From contig CAYTTB010000007.1 of the NCBI GenBank assembly GCA_964440565.1, positions 3,966 through 63,992 of the forward strand: DNA of 60,027 nucleotides. Direction: 5' to 3'. Positions 15,830 to 26,961 of this stretch are shown piece after piece. Both the position numbers and the translations under genes were made by a program. This stretch comes from an uncultured Thermoanaerobaculia bacterium. GTDB taxonomy: Bacteria; Acidobacteriota; Thermoanaerobaculia; Thermoanaerobaculales; Sulfomarinibacteraceae. Numbering within the stretch: position 1 is the stretch's first letter; each line of letters opens with the position of its first letter. The notes beneath the pieces were generated by a model that worked only from the letters and a program-made list of their open reading frames with translations, was not told the origin of the DNA and made no database searches.

Positions 15830-18800
15830 ATGCGGATCGCGCGTCGGTTCACCAGGGCGGGATCGAGCCCCTACGAGGGAATCCGGTTCGTCACGCGCTC
15901 GAGCCAGATCCGGAACCCGGACGGCACCGTGGTGTTCTCCATGGACGACGTGGTGGTGCCGGAGGACTGGTCGCAGGTGGCGGTGGACGTCCTCGTCCAG
16001 AAGTACTTCCGCAAGGCGGGGGTGCCGCAGGTGGATGCCGAGGGGCGGCCGCTCCGGGATGCCGACGGCAACCCGGTGCTGGGCCCCGAGCGCGACGCGC
16101 GGCAGGTGTTCGAGCGCCTCGCGGGGTGCTGGACCCACTGGGGCAGGCGGTACGGCTACTTCGACAGCGAGGAGGACGCCGAGGCGTTCCACGACGAGCT
16201 GTGCCACATGCTGGCGCGGCAGATGGCGGCCCCCAACTCGCCCCAGTGGTTCAACACGGGCCTCCACTGGGCGTACGGGATCGACGGCCCGCCGCAGGGC
16301 CACTGGTACGTGGACCCCGAGACCGGGGAGGCCCGCCAGGCCGAGTCCGCCTACGAGCGGCCGCAGCCCCACGCCTGCTTCATCCAGTCCATCCGGGACG
16401 ACCTGGTCAACGAGGGCGGCATCATGGACCTGTGGCTCCGCGAGGCCCGCCTGTTCAAGTACGGCTCGGGCACCGGGACCAACTTCTCGCCGCTCAGGGC
16501 CGAGGGCGAGCCGCTCTCGGGCGGCGGCCGCTCCTCGGGGCTGATGTCGTTCCTCAAGATCGGCGACCGTGCGGCCGGGGCGATCAAGTCGGGCGGTACC
16601 ACCCGGCGCGCCGCCAAGATGGTGTGCCTCGACCTCGACCACCCGGACATCGAGCAGTTCATCCGCTGGAAGGCGGTGGAGGAGCGCAAGGTGGCGGCGC
16701 TGGTGACCGGGTCGCGGGTGATGCGGCGGCGGCTCCAGGAGGTGCTGGACGCCTGCTTCCCCGAGGGGGCGGCGACGCCCGCGGTGGACCCGGCGGAGAA
16801 CCGGGAGCTCGCCCGCGCACTCCGCCGGGCGCGCCGCGACGGGGTGCCCGAGGGGGCGCTCAACCGGGTGCTCCACCTCGCCCGTCAGGGGATCCGCACC
16901 TACCCCGTCGAGGAGTACGACACCGACTGGGACGGCGAGGCGTACTTCACGGTGTCGGGCCAGAACTCCAACAACAGCGTGCGGGTGCCCAACCGGTTCT
17001 TCGACGCCCTGGACAGGGGGGCGGAGTGGGAGCTCACCTGGCGGACCAGCGGCGAGGTGGCGCGGCGGGTCCCCGCCGCCCGGCTGTGGGACGAGATCGC
17101 CACCTGCGCCTGGGAGTGCGCCGACCCGGGGCTGCAGTTCGACGACACCATCAACGAGTGGCACACCTGCCCCGAGGACGGCCGGATCAACGCCTCCAAC
17201 CCGTGCTCGGAGTACATGTTCCTGGACGACACCGCCTGCAACCTGGCCTCGATCAACCTGGTGAGGTTCCTGCGCGAGGACGGCTCGTTCGACATCGAGG
17301 GCTTCCGGCACGCGGTGCGGCTGTGGACCATCGTGCTGGAGATCTCGGTGCTCATGGCCTCGTTCCCGAGCCGCCGCATCGCGGAGCTGAGCCACGAGTT
17401 CCGCACCCTCGGCCTCGGATACGCCAACCTCGGCTCGCTGCTGATGCGGCTGGGGGTCCCGTACGACTCCGACCGCGGGCGGGCGATCTGCGGCGCCATC
17501 ACCGCCCTCATGACCGGCGAGGCGTACGCGGTGTCGGCGGAGATGGCGCGGGAGCTGGGCCCGTTCCCGGGCTTTGGCCGCAACCGCGAGCACATGCTCC
17601 GGGTGATCCGCAACCACCGCCGCGCCGCCTACGACGCGGATCCCAACGACTACGAGGGGCTCACGGTGAAGCCGATGGGGATCGATCCGCACCTGGCGCC
17701 GCCGGAGCTGCTGCAGGCGGCGCGCGAGGCGTGGGACCGGGCGCTCGAGGGCGGCGAGCGGTACGGGTACCGCAACGCCCAGGTCACCTGCCTGGCCCCC
17801 ACGGGGACCATCGGGCTGGTGATGGACTGCGACACCACGGGGATCGAGCCCGACTTCGCGCTGGTCAAGTTCAAGAAGCTGGCCGGGGGCGGGTACTTCA
17901 AGATCGTCAACCAGGCGATCCCCGAGGCGCTCGCCCGGCTCGGCTACACGCCCGAGCAGATCGCGGCCATCGAGGCGTACGCGGTGGGCCACGGGACGCT
18001 CGAGGGCGCGCCGCACGTCAACCGGAAGACGCTCAGGGCGCGGGGGCTGGACGACGCGGCCATCGACCGGATCGAGGCCGCGCTGCCCGGCGCCTTCGAC
18101 CTGAGGAGCGCGTTCTCCGCGGCCGTGATCGGCCGCGACGCGCTGCGCAAGCTGGGGCTGGGCGACCACGAGATCGACGACTGGCGGCTCGACGTGCTCG
18201 CCCACCTGGGGTTTACCCCCGAGCAGGTGGAGGAGGCCAGCGACTGGATCTGCGGGCGCTACACGGTGGAGGGGGCGCCCCACCTCAGGCCCGAGCACCT
18301 GCCCGTCTTCGACTGCGCCAACCGGTGCGGGAAGAGGGGCACCCGCACCATCCGGTTCGAGGGGCACATCCTGATGATGGCTGCGGCGCAGCCGTTCCTC
18401 TCCGGCGCCATCTCCAAGACCATCAACATGCCGGCGGAGGCGACGGTGGAGGACGTCAAGTACGCCTACCGCCTCGCGTGGGAGAAGATGGTCAAGGCGA
18501 TCGCGCTGTACCGGGACGGCTCCAAGCTGAGCCAGCCGCTGGCCATGGCGCTGCCCGAGGAGCGCGAGGAGGAGCTCGCCGAGGCGGTGGCCCAGGGCGA
18601 CGTGGGCAGGGTGGCCGAGCAGCTGGCGCACCGGGTGGTGGCGTGGAGCGGCCGCCGCCGGCGGCTGCCGCAGCGGCGCACCGGGTACACCCAGAAGGCC
18701 TCGGTGGGCGGCCACAAGGTGTACCTGCGGACCGGGAACTACCCGGACGGCACGCTGGGCGAGATCTTCATCGACATGCACCGCGAGGGGGCGGCGTTCC

Positions 18801-19309
18801 GGAGCCTGATGAACTGCTTCGCCATCGCGGTGTCGCTGGGGCTCCAGTACGGGGTGCCGCTGCAGGAGTTCGTGGACGCCTTCGTGTTCACGCGCTTCGA
18901 GCCCAACGGGCCGGTCGCGGGGCACGACCGGATCAGGATGGCCACCTCGGTGATCGACTACATCTTCCGCGAGCTCGCCATCACCTACCTCGACCGGCAC
19001 GACCTGGCCCAGGTCGAGGTGCGCGAGGAGGACCTGCGCCACGACGCGGTGGGCATGCCCGGTGGGAACGCGCCGGGCGGCCGCGAGACGGCGCCACCGG
19101 TGGCGGAGGTGGCGCAGTTCGGGCGGCAGGAGGTGCCGCGCGCCGTGGGCGGCGGCCGGGAGGTGGGCCGCTTCCGGGCGTTGCGGGAGCAGGCGCAGCG
19201 GCTCGGGTACGAGGGCGACCCGTGCCCCGAGTGCGGCCAGTTCAAGCTGGTGCGCAACGGCACCTGCATGAAGTGCATGGAGTGCGGGGCCACGACCGGC
19301 TGCTCCTGA
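15830..19309 (+). CDS. nrdJ: Class II (B12-dependent) ribonucleotide reductase with TSCPD domain and C-terminal Zn ribbon
   Basis: Motifs [32 protein letters not shown] and YRDGSK. C-terminal CPEC..CMKCMEC. Confidence 0.97.
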   Translation: MRIARRFTRAGSSPYEGIRFVTRSSQIRNPDGTVVFSMDDVVVPEDWSQVAVDVLVQKYFRKAGVPQVDAEGRPLRDADGNPVLGPERDARQVFERLAGCWTHWGRRYGYFDSEEDAEAFHDELCHMLARQMAAPNSPQWFNTGLHWAYGIDGPPQGHWYVDPETGEARQAESAYERPQPHACFIQSIRDDLVNEGGIMDLWLREARLFKYGSGTGTNFSPLRAEGEPLSGGGRSSGLMSFLKIGDRAAGAIKSGGTTRRAAKMVCLDLDHPDIEQFIRWKAVEERKVAALVTGSRVMRRRLQEVLDACFPEGAATPAVDPAENRELARALRRARRDGVPEGALNRVLHLARQGIRTYPVEEYDTDWDGEAYFTVSGQNSNNSVRVPNRFFDALDRGAEWELTWRTSGEVARRVPAARLWDEIATCAWECADPGLQFDDTINEWHTCPEDGRINASNPCSEYMFLDDTACNLASINLVRFLREDGSFDIEGFRHAVRLWTIVLEISVLMASFPSRRIAELSHEFRTLGLGYANLGSLLMRLGVPYDSDRGRAICGAITALMTGEAYAVSAEMARELGPFPGFGRNREHMLRVIRNHRRAAYDADPNDYEGLTVKPMGIDPHLAPPELLQAAREAWDRALEGGERYGYRNAQVTCLAPTGTIGLVMDCDTTGIEPDFALVKFKKLAGGGYFKIVNQAIPEALARLGYTPEQIAAIEAYAVGHGTLEGAPHVNRKTLRARGLDDAAIDRIEAALPGAFDLRSAFSAAVIGRDALRKLGLGDHEIDDWRLDVLAHLGFTPEQVEEASDWICGRYTVEGAPHLRPEHLPVFDCANRCGKRGTRTIRFEGHILMMAAAQPFLSGAISKTINMPAEATVEDVKYAYRLAWEKMVKAIALYRDGSKLSQPLAMALPEEREEELAEAVAQGDVGRVAEQLAHRVVAWSGRRRRLPQRRTGYTQKASVGGHKVYLRTGNYPDGTLGEIFIDMHREGAAFRSLMNCFAIAVSLGLQYGVPLQEFVDAFVFTRFEPNGPVAGHDRIRMATSVIDYIFRELAITYLDRHDLAQVEVREEDLRHDAVGMPGGNAPGGRETAPPVAEVAQFGRQEVPRAVGGGREVGRFRALREQAQRLGYEGDPCPECGQFKLVRNGTCMKCMECGATTGCS

Positions 19310-19361
19310 GCCGGCCGGCGTCCCGGGCAGCGGCGGGTCGGGCCGCGGGCGTGCGGCCGGA

Positions 19362-20858
19362 TCACCCGAGGTCGGCGAGCCCGGGGACGAGCTTCGCGGC
19401 GGCCTCCATGTCGGGCGCCTGGATGCGGTCGCCTCGCAGGGGTGGCACCTCGTGCCGGAGCCGGGCGAGCGCCTCCTCGAGCGGCGGGGAGGATCGCAGT
19501 GGCCGGCGCAGCTCGATCCCCCGCGCCGCGGCCAGGTACTCCATCCCCAGCACCCGGCGGGTCATCTCCACGACCCGGGCGAGCTTGCGCGCGGCCCAGG
19601 TGCTCATGGAGACGTGGTCCTCCTGGCCGGCCGAGGTGGGGATCGAGTCCACCGAGGCGGGGTGGGCCAGGGTCTTGCACTCGGAGACCAGCGCCGCCGC
19701 CGAGACCTGCACCATCATGAGACCGGAGTCGAGCCCCGGGTCGGTGGCGAGGAACGGCGGCAGCCCCGACAGCGCGCTGTCGACGAGGCGGGCCAGCCGC
19801 CGCTCCGAGATGGAGGCCAGGTCGGCGAGGGCGGCGGCGAGGTAGTCGAGGGGAGCGGCGAGGGGCGCACCGTGGAAGTTGCCGCCCGAGATCACCCGCC
19901 CGTCCGGGAACACCATCGGGTTGTCGGTGGCCGAGTTGATCTCGATCTCCAGCACCCTCCGGACGTGCTCCAGGGCGTCGCGGGCGGCGCCGTGGACCTG
20001 GGGCGCGCAGCGGAGCGAGTAGGCGTCCTGGACCCGCCGGCAGTCGCGGTGGGACTCACGGATCTCGGAGCCCTGGAGCAGGCGGCGCAACCGGGCGGCG
20101 GCGCGCCGCTGGCCGGGGTGAGGGCGGGCGTCGTGGATGGCGGGATCGAAGGCGGCGTCGGTCCCGCGGCAGGCGTCCAGCGTCATGGCCGCCACCACGT
20201 CGGCGGCGTCGAGGAGGCGCGCCGCCTCCACCACGGCGAGCGCGGCCACCGCCGCCGACGCCTGGGTGCCGTTGATGAGCGCGAGCCCCTCCTTCGCCCG
20301 CAGCTCGAGCGGCTCGATGCCGGCGCGGGCCAGTGCCTCGCCGCCGGGCAGCCGTTCCCCCCGGTAGGTGGCCTCCCCCTCGCCGAGGAGCACCAGCGCC
20401 AGGTGGGCGAGCGGCGCGAGGTCCCCCGACGCGCCCACCGACCCCTGGCCCGGCACCACCGGGTGGACCCCCGCGTCGAGCAGCTGGAGCAGGCGCTCCA
20501 CAACCACGGGCCTGGCGCCGGCATGGCCGGTGGCGAGCACGTTGGCCCGCAGCAGCAGCATCGCGCGCACCACGGGCTCCGGGAGCGGCTCGCCCACCCC
20601 GCACGCGTGCGAGCGCACCAGGTTCAGCTGCAGGCGCTCGAGGTCCTCGTCGGCGATCCGCACCTCGGCGAGCTTTCCGAACCCGGTGTTGACGCCGTAC
20701 ACCACCCGGCCCGAGGCCACGATCTCCTCGATCACCGTGCGGGTCGCGGCCATCCGGGCGTGCGCCTCGGGATCGAGCTCCGCCCGGGCCCGCCCCGCGG
20801 CCACCGCCGCCACGTCCTCGAGCGAGAGCGTCCGGCCGTCCACCCGCACCGTCGCCAT
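19362..20858 (-). CDS. hutH: Histidine ammonia-lyase
   Basis: [11 protein letters not shown] motif [28 protein letters not shown] and QEDHVSM. Confidence 0.96.
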   Translation of the reverse strand: MATVRVDGRTLSLEDVAAVAAGRARAELDPEAHARMAATRTVIEEIVASGRVVYGVNTGFGKLAEVRIADEDLERLQLNLVRSHACGVGEPLPEPVVRAMLLLRANVLATGHAGARPVVVERLLQLLDAGVHPVVPGQGSVGASGDLAPLAHLALVLLGEGEATYRGERLPGGEALARAGIEPLELRAKEGLALINGTQASAAVAALAVVEAARLLDAADVVAAMTLDACRGTDAAFDPAIHDARPHPGQRRAAARLRRLLQGSEIRESHRDCRRVQDAYSLRCAPQVHGAARDALEHVRRVLEIEINSATDNPMVFPDGRVISGGNFHGAPLAAPLDYLAAALADLASISERRLARLVDSALSGLPPFLATDPGLDSGLMMVQVSAAALVSECKTLAHPASVDSIPTSAGQEDHVSMSTWAARKLARVVEMTRRVLGMEYLAAARGIELRRPLRSSPPLEEALARLRHEVPPLRGDRIQAPDMEAAAKLVPGLADLG

Positions 20859-20910
20859 CTGCGCCACCTTCGCCTCCGGCCCGCCGGTCGCGGGCGGCGG
20901 CATTCTACCC

Positions 20911-21507
20911 TCAGGGGAAGCGGGGGTCGCGGCGCTCGAGGAAGGCGCGCGCTCCCTCCTGCGGGTGCCCGGTGGCGAAGAGGAGCCGGAAGGCGGCGTG
21001 CTCCAGGCGGAGGCGGGTGGCGGGGTGGGTGCTGGCGCGGAGCAGGTCGCGGGCCGCGGTGAGGGCGGGCAGCGACGCCGGGTCGGGGAGCGGCAGCGCC
21101 TCCCCGGCCGGAAGCACCGCCGCCGCGAGGCCGAGGCGGACGGCCTCCTCCGCGGGGACGGGGGTGGGGTCGAGGAGAAGCCGGCCGAGGGCCTGGCGCC
21201 CCGCCCGCACCGCGGCCCGGAGGGCACCCGCCGGAGGCAGCCCGCGGTCCCCGGGATCGAGGGCGGCGTCCTCGCGGAGCAGCACCAGGTCGAGGAGCAG
21301 CGCCGCCTCCAGCGCGCCACCGCCGAGGACCCCGCTCACCTCCGCGACGGTGACGGCGCGGGCGGTGGCGAGCCGCCCGGCCGTGTCGGGCGGAAGCGGC
21401 GGTGCGTCGGCGTCGCGGAACCGGACCACGACGAGGCCGGGCTCGGCGGCGGCCGCGGCGATCGCCGCCGCGCCGTCCTCGCGCCAGTCCAGCCGCTCCC
21501 GTCGCAT
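20911..21507 (-). CDS. Degenerate, short enoyl-CoA hydratase/isomerase (crotonase-like) protein
   Basis: Contains [23 protein letters not shown] and C-terminal [14 protein letters not shown]. The N-terminal oxyanion segment is absent. Confidence 0.7.
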   Translation of the reverse strand: MRRERLDWREDGAAAIAAAAAEPGLVVVRFRDADAPPLPPDTAGRLATARAVTVAEVSGVLGGGALEAALLLDLVLLREDAALDPGDRGLPPAGALRAAVRAGRQALGRLLLDPTPVPAEEAVRLGLAAAVLPAGEALPLPDPASLPALTAARDLLRASTHPATRLRLEHAAFRLLFATGHPQEGARAFLERRDPRFP

Positions 21508-21585
21508 GCCGGGAGGATAGCGCGGCGGCGCTCGATCCGCGCGACGAGGCGTGGCACAATGGCACCGGCGCGCCGGAGGTGGACG

Positions 21586-22125
21586 ATGGAACGCACCGTG
21601 CTGGCCGAGACCGAGCGCCACGGCACCGTGGTGCGTGCGGTGCTGGGCGACCTCACCCAGGAGCGGGTGGACGCCATCGTCAACGCCGCCAACAGCCGCC
21701 TCGCGCACGGCGGTGGCCTCGCCGGGGCCATCGTGCGGCGCGGCGGCCGCGAGATCCAGGAGGAGTCGTGGCGGGTGGCGCCGGTCCCGGTGGGCGGTGC
21801 CGCCTCCACCGGCGCCGGCCGGCTGCCCTCCCGGTGGGTGATCCACGCGGTGGGGCCGCGGTGGGGCGAGGGCGACGAGGAGGCGAAGCTGCGTTCGGCG
21901 GTTCGTGCCGCGCTGGAGGAGGCGCGGCGGCTGGGTGCGCGCACCGTGGGGCTTCCCGCCATCTCCACCGGGATCTTCGGGTACCCCAAGGCGGAGGGGT
22001 GCCGGGTGATCGTGGAGGAGGCCCTCGCCTGGCTGGCCGCCAACCCTGGCGAGCTGGAGGCGCTCCACCTCGTGGCCTTCGACCGCGAGACGGCGGGTCT
22101 GTTCGCCAACGCACTGAGCAGCTGA
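21586..22125 (+). CDS. Macro domain protein (O-acetyl-ADP-ribose deacetylase-like)
   Basis: Motifs [31 protein letters not shown] and [11 protein letters not shown]. Confidence 0.95.
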   Translation: MERTVLAETERHGTVVRAVLGDLTQERVDAIVNAANSRLAHGGGLAGAIVRRGGREIQEESWRVAPVPVGGAASTGAGRLPSRWVIHAVGPRWGEGDEEAKLRSAVRAALEEARRLGARTVGLPAISTGIFGYPKAEGCRVIVEEALAWLAANPGELEALHLVAFDRETAGLFANALSS

Positions 22126-22196
22126 GACGTACGCGCGCTGACTCAAGATGATACAATACGCGGCCGGAGTGTCGTGAAGGGAGGGGAAACGCCTCG

Positions 22197-23687
22197 ATGG
22201 CTGATCTTTACCAACTTCGGACGAAGCCTGAGGAGCCGCTCGACTGCCTGTACGTCCTGCTCGCCGCCGGAGGCGGGGTCATCGACCGGCTGGAGCTCTC
22301 CGCCAGGGACCGGAAGGCGCTCGAGGCGAAGGCCCAGGCCCTGGCACCGCGCGGCGAGGAGGGCGAGCTGATCTCCGGGGAGTGCCCGCTGGCCATCGCC
22401 CATCGCCTCACCTTCGTGGGGATCGGGGAGGAGCGGAAGCTCACGCACAACCGGCTGCGGAGCGTGCTGCGCCGGGTGATCCAGCAGGCCACCAAGAACC
22501 GCGAGTACCAGATCGGGCTCGCCATCCCGGTCAAGATCCACGGGATGGCGGAGGGCGAGTCGCGCCTCTTCGCGCTGCTGGAGGCGGCGCTCGCCGACTA
22601 CACCTTCGACCACTTCAAGTCGAAGAAGAACGAGTTCGACAAGATCGACGGGATCCACTTCCTGCCGCTCGCGGGGGAGAGCGAGCAGGAGCTGGAGGCG
22701 AGGCTCGAGCGCGTTCGCCTCCTCGCCGGCTCGGTGCGCACCGCGCGCGACCTCGCCAACCGTCCGGGGAGCGACCTGACGCCGGAGGCGCTGGCGTCGG
22801 TGGCCCGGGAGCTGGCCGAGGAGAGCCAGGGCCTGCGGGTCACCGTCTTCGGCCCCAAGGAGCTGGCCAAGGAGCGGATGGGCGGGATCCTGGGCGTGGC
22901 CCGGGGGTCGGACGAGGAGCCGCGCCTCATCATCCTCGAGCACCGCCCCAAGAAGCCGAAGAAGAGCGTGGTCCTGGTGGGGAAGGGTGTGACCTTCGAC
23001 GCGGGCGGGATCTCGCTCAAGCCCGCCAAGGGCATGGAGTGGATGAAGTACGACATGGCCGGGGCGGCCACTGTGCTCGCCGTGATGCAGACGGTGGGCC
23101 AGCTCGAGCTCCCGATCAAGGTGGTGGGGCTGATCCCGGCCGCGGAGAACCTCCCCTCGGGGAGCGCGCTCAAGCCCGGGGACATCATCACGCTGGCCAA
23201 CGGCAAGACGGTGGAGGTGGACAACACCGACGCCGAGGGGCGGCTGCTGCTCGCCGATGCGCTCGCCTACTCCGAGAAGTTCAACCCGGACGTGGTGATC
23301 GACCTGGCCACGCTGACGGGGGCGTGCGTGGTGGCGCTGGGGCACGAGGCGGCGGGGCTCATGGGGAACGACCCGGAGCTCGTGGAGCGTCTCAGGAAGC
23401 TCGGCGAGGAGGTGGGCGAACGGGTGTGGCCGCTGCCGCTGTACGACGAGTACCTGGAGTACCTGAAGAGCGACTGGGCGGACCTCAAGAACGCTGGCAG
23501 CCGCTGGGGCGGCCCGGTGACCGCGGGGAAGTTCCTCGAGCAGTTCGTGCCGAACCACACCTCGTGGGCGCACCTGGACATCGCCGGCGTGGCCTGGGCG
23601 GAGCGCGAGCACAACGGGTTCCCCCGGGGCGCCACCGGCTTCGGCGTGGTGCTCCTGGTCACCTTCCTCGAGCGCCTGCTGAGGTGA
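22197..23687 (+). CDS. pepA: Leucyl aminopeptidase (M17)
   Basis: Motifs GKGVTFDAGG, MKYDMAGAA, NTDAEGRL and WAHLDIAG. Confidence 0.96.
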   Translation: MADLYQLRTKPEEPLDCLYVLLAAGGGVIDRLELSARDRKALEAKAQALAPRGEEGELISGECPLAIAHRLTFVGIGEERKLTHNRLRSVLRRVIQQATKNREYQIGLAIPVKIHGMAEGESRLFALLEAALADYTFDHFKSKKNEFDKIDGIHFLPLAGESEQELEARLERVRLLAGSVRTARDLANRPGSDLTPEALASVARELAEESQGLRVTVFGPKELAKERMGGILGVARGSDEEPRLIILEHRPKKPKKSVVLVGKGVTFDAGGISLKPAKGMEWMKYDMAGAATVLAVMQTVGQLELPIKVVGLIPAAENLPSGSALKPGDIITLANGKTVEVDNTDAEGRLLLADALAYSEKFNPDVVIDLATLTGACVVALGHEAAGLMGNDPELVERLRKLGEEVGERVWPLPLYDEYLEYLKSDWADLKNAGSRWGGPVTAGKFLEQFVPNHTSWAHLDIAGVAWAEREHNGFPRGATGFGVVLLVTFLERLLR

Positions 23688-23737
23688 CGTCCGGCGACGC
23701 GAGCCGCCCTGCGGCTCGCTGCCTCACGTCAGCGGCG
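23684..23737 (+). repeat. Palindromic dispersed repeat (second copy 28876-28929)
   Basis: GTGACGTCCGGCGACGCGAGCC-loop-GGCTCGCTGCCTCACGTCAGCGGCG is shared. The copies differ only in the loop. Confidence 0.85.
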
Positions 23738-23916
23738 GCGGCGCGGGTCCCCGCCGCGTGGTGGTGGAGGCTCCCGCCGGCCGCAGCACTCCGTACCCGC
23801 GCCGACCGCCGGGGGGCCGTCGCTTCCGGCTCCTCGGGTCGAGATACCGGCGGGACCCCTGGCCGTGGCGCCCCTTGTCACGGCCGGAGCTCCGTGCTAT
23901 CTTCGGGCTCGCCCGA

Positions 23917-23992
23917 GCGGGCGTAACTCAGTTGGTAGAGTGTCAGCTTCCCAAGCTGAAAGTCGCGGGTTCGAATCCCGTCGCCCGCTCCA
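23917..23992 (+). tRNA. tRNA-Gly (CCC)
   Basis: 76-nt cloverleaf, anticodon arm TCAGC-TTCCCAA-GCTGA, GTTCGAATC T-loop, encoded CCA. Confidence 0.97.
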
Positions 23993-24021
23993 GCCAACCG
24001 TCGAGACCCTCGGAGCGTGCC

Positions 24022-24522
24022 ATGGGCCTTTTCGGACGGAGCGATCAGCCTGCCACCCCGACCCGCCAGCAACCCGAGGAGCCCCGACCTCCCCAGCCGC
24101 GCGGCGCGCAGCCGCCCCCCGAGGTGACGCTGGTGGCGAGGTCGGCGACGGTCAAGGGAACCGTCACCGGCTCCGGCGACCTCCGCATCGAGGGCACGGT
24201 GGAGGGGAAGGTGCGGATCGGCGGCCGGCTCGTGGTGGGCGAGTCGGGTCGGGTGAAGGCGGAGCTCCACGGCAAGGCGGTCACGGTCGCGGGGACGGTG
24301 GAGGGGAACGTCACCGCCGACGAGCGGATCGAGCTCGCGCCCAGCGCCCGCCTCACCGGGGACATCACCGCCCCGCGGATCCTGATCCAGGAGGGAGCCA
24401 CCTTCGAGGGGAAGGTGTTCATGCGGTCGCCGGGCGGCGGTGCCGAGCGCTCCGGCGGAGCGAGACGGGGCGTGAGTTCGGCGCGCCGCTCTCGGGACGC
24501 CGGGACGGGCGGGGGATCCTGA
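24022..24522 (+). CDS. Bactofilin (polymer-forming cytoskeletal protein)
   Basis: Pro-rich N-tail, then [21 protein letters not shown]...[18 protein letters not shown]. Confidence 0.92.
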   Translation: MGLFGRSDQPATPTRQQPEEPRPPQPRGAQPPPEVTLVARSATVKGTVTGSGDLRIEGTVEGKVRIGGRLVVGESGRVKAELHGKAVTVAGTVEGNVTADERIELAPSARLTGDITAPRILIQEGATFEGKVFMRSPGGGAERSGGARRGVSSARRSRDAGTGGGS

Positions 24523-24555
24523 GCGGGACGCGGGGACCCGCCCGGCGCGCCGCCT

Positions 24556-24573
24556 TCGTGATACGCTTCACAT
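24556..24573. promoter_or_regulatory. Rex-like operator upstream of ald
   Basis: TCGTGATACGCTTCACAT compared with the consensus TTGTGAAnnnnTTCACAA. Confidence 0.55.
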
Positions 24574-24628
24574 GCTCGTGCCGGACCCGCGGGCGCCGGA
24601 CGGGCGGTTCGAGGGCGAGGAGGGACGA

Positions 24629-25747
24629 ATGCGCATCGGCATCCCGAAGGAGATCAAGGACAACGAGTACCGGGTCGGGATGGTTCCGGCCGGCGTGAGG
24701 GCGCTGGTGGACGAGGGACACCAGGTGTTCGTGGAACGCGGCGCGGGGGCCGGCTCCGGGATCGAGGACAGCGAGTACGTGGCGGCCGGAGCGACGATCC
24801 TGGACACCCCGGAGGAGGTCTGGGCCACCGCCGAGATGGTGGTCAAGGTCAAGGAACCGGTGGGGCCCGAGTACGAGCGGATGCGCCCGGGGCAGATCCT
24901 CTTCACGTACCTCCATCTGGCCCCGGAGCCGCACCTGACGGACGTGATGCTCGAGCGGGAGGTGACCGGAATCGCCTACGAGACGGTGACGGACGAGCAC
25001 GGGCACCTGCCGCTGCTCACCCCCATGTCGGAGGTGGCGGGCCGGCTCGCGATCCAGGTGGGCGCGTACTACCTGCAGCGTCCCAACGGCGGCCGCGGGG
25101 TCCTCCCCGGCGGGGTTCCGGGCGTCCCGCCAGCGGACGTGGTGATCCTGGGCGGGGGGACCGTGGGCGTCAACGCGGCCAAGATGGCGCTGGGTCTCGG
25201 CGCGAGGGTCACGATCCTGGAGAAGAACCTGGAGCGGATGCGCTACCTCGACGATATCTTCGGCGGAGCGGTGACCACCATCGCCTCCAACCGCCACAAC
25301 GTCGAGCTCGCGTGCCAGCGGGCCGACATTCTGGTGGGTGGCGTCCTGCTCCCGGGAGCCGCGGCGCCCAAGCTGGTGACCCGCGAGATGGTGGCCACCA
25401 TGAAGCGCGGCTCGGTGATCGTGGACGTGGCCGTGGACCAGGGGGGGTGCGTGGAGACGACTCGCCCCACCACGCACTCGAGCCCCACCTACGAGGTGGA
25501 CGGGGTGGTCCACTACTGCGTGGCCAACATGCCGGGGGCGGTCCCGCGGACCTCCACCTTCGCGCTCAACAACGCCACCATCCCGTACGCGCTGCGTCTG
25601 GCCGCCGGGGGGCTCGAGGCGCTGCGCCGGGACCCGCACCTCCGGGCCGGCCTCAACACCCACGCCGGCAGGCTCACGTGCAGGGCGGTGGCCGAGAGCC
25701 AGGGGAAGCCGTACACCCCCGCGGAGCAGGCGCTCGGGATGGCGTGA
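24629..25747 (+). CDS. ald: Alanine dehydrogenase
   Basis: Motifs [37 protein letters not shown] and [12 protein letters not shown]. Confidence 0.97.
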   Translation: MRIGIPKEIKDNEYRVGMVPAGVRALVDEGHQVFVERGAGAGSGIEDSEYVAAGATILDTPEEVWATAEMVVKVKEPVGPEYERMRPGQILFTYLHLAPEPHLTDVMLEREVTGIAYETVTDEHGHLPLLTPMSEVAGRLAIQVGAYYLQRPNGGRGVLPGGVPGVPPADVVILGGGTVGVNAAKMALGLGARVTILEKNLERMRYLDDIFGGAVTTIASNRHNVELACQRADILVGGVLLPGAAAPKLVTREMVATMKRGSVIVDVAVDQGGCVETTRPTTHSSPTYEVDGVVHYCVANMPGAVPRTSTFALNNATIPYALRLAAGGLEALRRDPHLRAGLNTHAGRLTCRAVAESQGKPYTPAEQALGMA

Positions 25748-26911
25748 TCAGCGCTCCCCGGCGGGGGATCCGGGCGGCCGTCCGGGCTCCGGGGTGTCCT
25801 CCGGCCCGCAGACGGCGGCGGCCGGCGGGTAGAGCCACGGCAGGTAGCACTCCCGGTAGATGGAGAGCAGGGTGACGAGCGCGGTGAGGATCAGCGGGCC
25901 CACCAGGAGGCCGATGGGGCCGAAGGCGTCGAGCCCCCCGAGCAGGGCCAGGAAGACCAGCAGCGTGTGGAGCCGCATCCGGCGCCCGACCAGGGCGGGC
26001 TTGAGCCAGTACTCGACCACGGTGGCGAGGAGGCCCAACGGGACGAACAGGCCCACGGCCCTCGCCGTCTCTCCCGAAAGCAGCAGGACCAGGGCCACGG
26101 GGACGTAGACGAGAGAGATCCCCACGATGGGGAGGAAGGCCAGCAGCGCCATCACCACGCCCCACAGGACCGGTCCGGGCAGGCCCAGCAGAGAGAACAC
26201 CACGCCGCCCGCGACGCCCTGCACGATCCCCGCGAGGCCGTTCCCGATCACGAGCGACCCCGCCATCCCGATGAACCGGTCGTAGAGCAGGCGCTGCTGG
26301 GCGGGCGGGATGGGCACGAGCTCGGCCAGGGCGGCCGCCAGGGCATCGCCGTCCACCAGCAGGTAGTAGACGGCCAGCAGCCAGAACACGAACCCCAGCA
26401 CCAGCCGCACCAGCCCCTTGGCGAGGGCGACCCCCTGCCGGTAGAAGAAGCCGCCGAGCTTGACCCCCAGGCTGGCGAGGCGGTCGTACACCCCCTCCGG
26501 CGTCAGGCGTACCCCGAGCACGCCGAGAGTCCGGTTGATGCGGTCCAGCGTCTCCTGCCGGGCGGAAAGCACCTCGAGCAGCGACCGGTCGGCGAGCTGC
26601 TGGGTCGTGAGCTGGTAGAACCCGAGCGCCTCGCTCGAGACCGCCTGGGCGGTGAAGAACAGCGGCACCACGACCGCCGCGGTGAGGACGAGGCAGACCG
26701 CCACCGCGGCCAGGCGCGGCCGGTCGCCGAGCCGCCGCCGGAGACGGCGATACAGTGGCAGAAGCAGGCCCGCGGTCACCGCGGCGAGAAGCAGCACCCC
26801 GAGGAACGAGGCGAGGGTGCGGATGGCCAGGACGCCCACCAGAAGCGTCACCAGCAGGAACGTCCAGCGTACCGCCGGAGCGGGTGCTTCCACCGGTGGC
26901 CTCGCCGCCAT
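25748..26911 (-). CDS. AI-2E family transporter
   Basis: Multiple TM segments, with FLPIVG, LKPALVG, LGGLDAFGPIGLLVGP. Confidence 0.9.
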   Translation of the reverse strand: MAARPPVEAPAPAVRWTFLLVTLLVGVLAIRTLASFLGVLLLAAVTAGLLLPLYRRLRRRLGDRPRLAAVAVCLVLTAAVVVPLFFTAQAVSSEALGFYQLTTQQLADRSLLEVLSARQETLDRINRTLGVLGVRLTPEGVYDRLASLGVKLGGFFYRQGVALAKGLVRLVLGFVFWLLAVYYLLVDGDALAAALAELVPIPPAQQRLLYDRFIGMAGSLVIGNGLAGIVQGVAGGVVFSLLGLPGPVLWGVVMALLAFLPIVGISLVYVPVALVLLLSGETARAVGLFVPLGLLATVVEYWLKPALVGRRMRLHTLLVFLALLGGLDAFGPIGLLVGPLILTALVTLLSIYRECYLPWLYPPAAAVCGPEDTPEPGRPPGSPAGER

Positions 26912-26961
26912 GGGTCAAGCTTGACCGGGCCCGCAGCTCCCGGTCAAGTGACCGCCCCGCG

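Noticed and set aside
15830-19309. Intein or intron in nrdJ
   Set aside because: The frame is continuous with no intein splice motifs or homing-endonuclease segment, and the length is explained by the TSCPD fusion.
23917-23992. tRNA-Gly as an island integration site
   Set aside because: It is flanked by core genes. I saw no duplicated tRNA 3' end and no integrase in the window.
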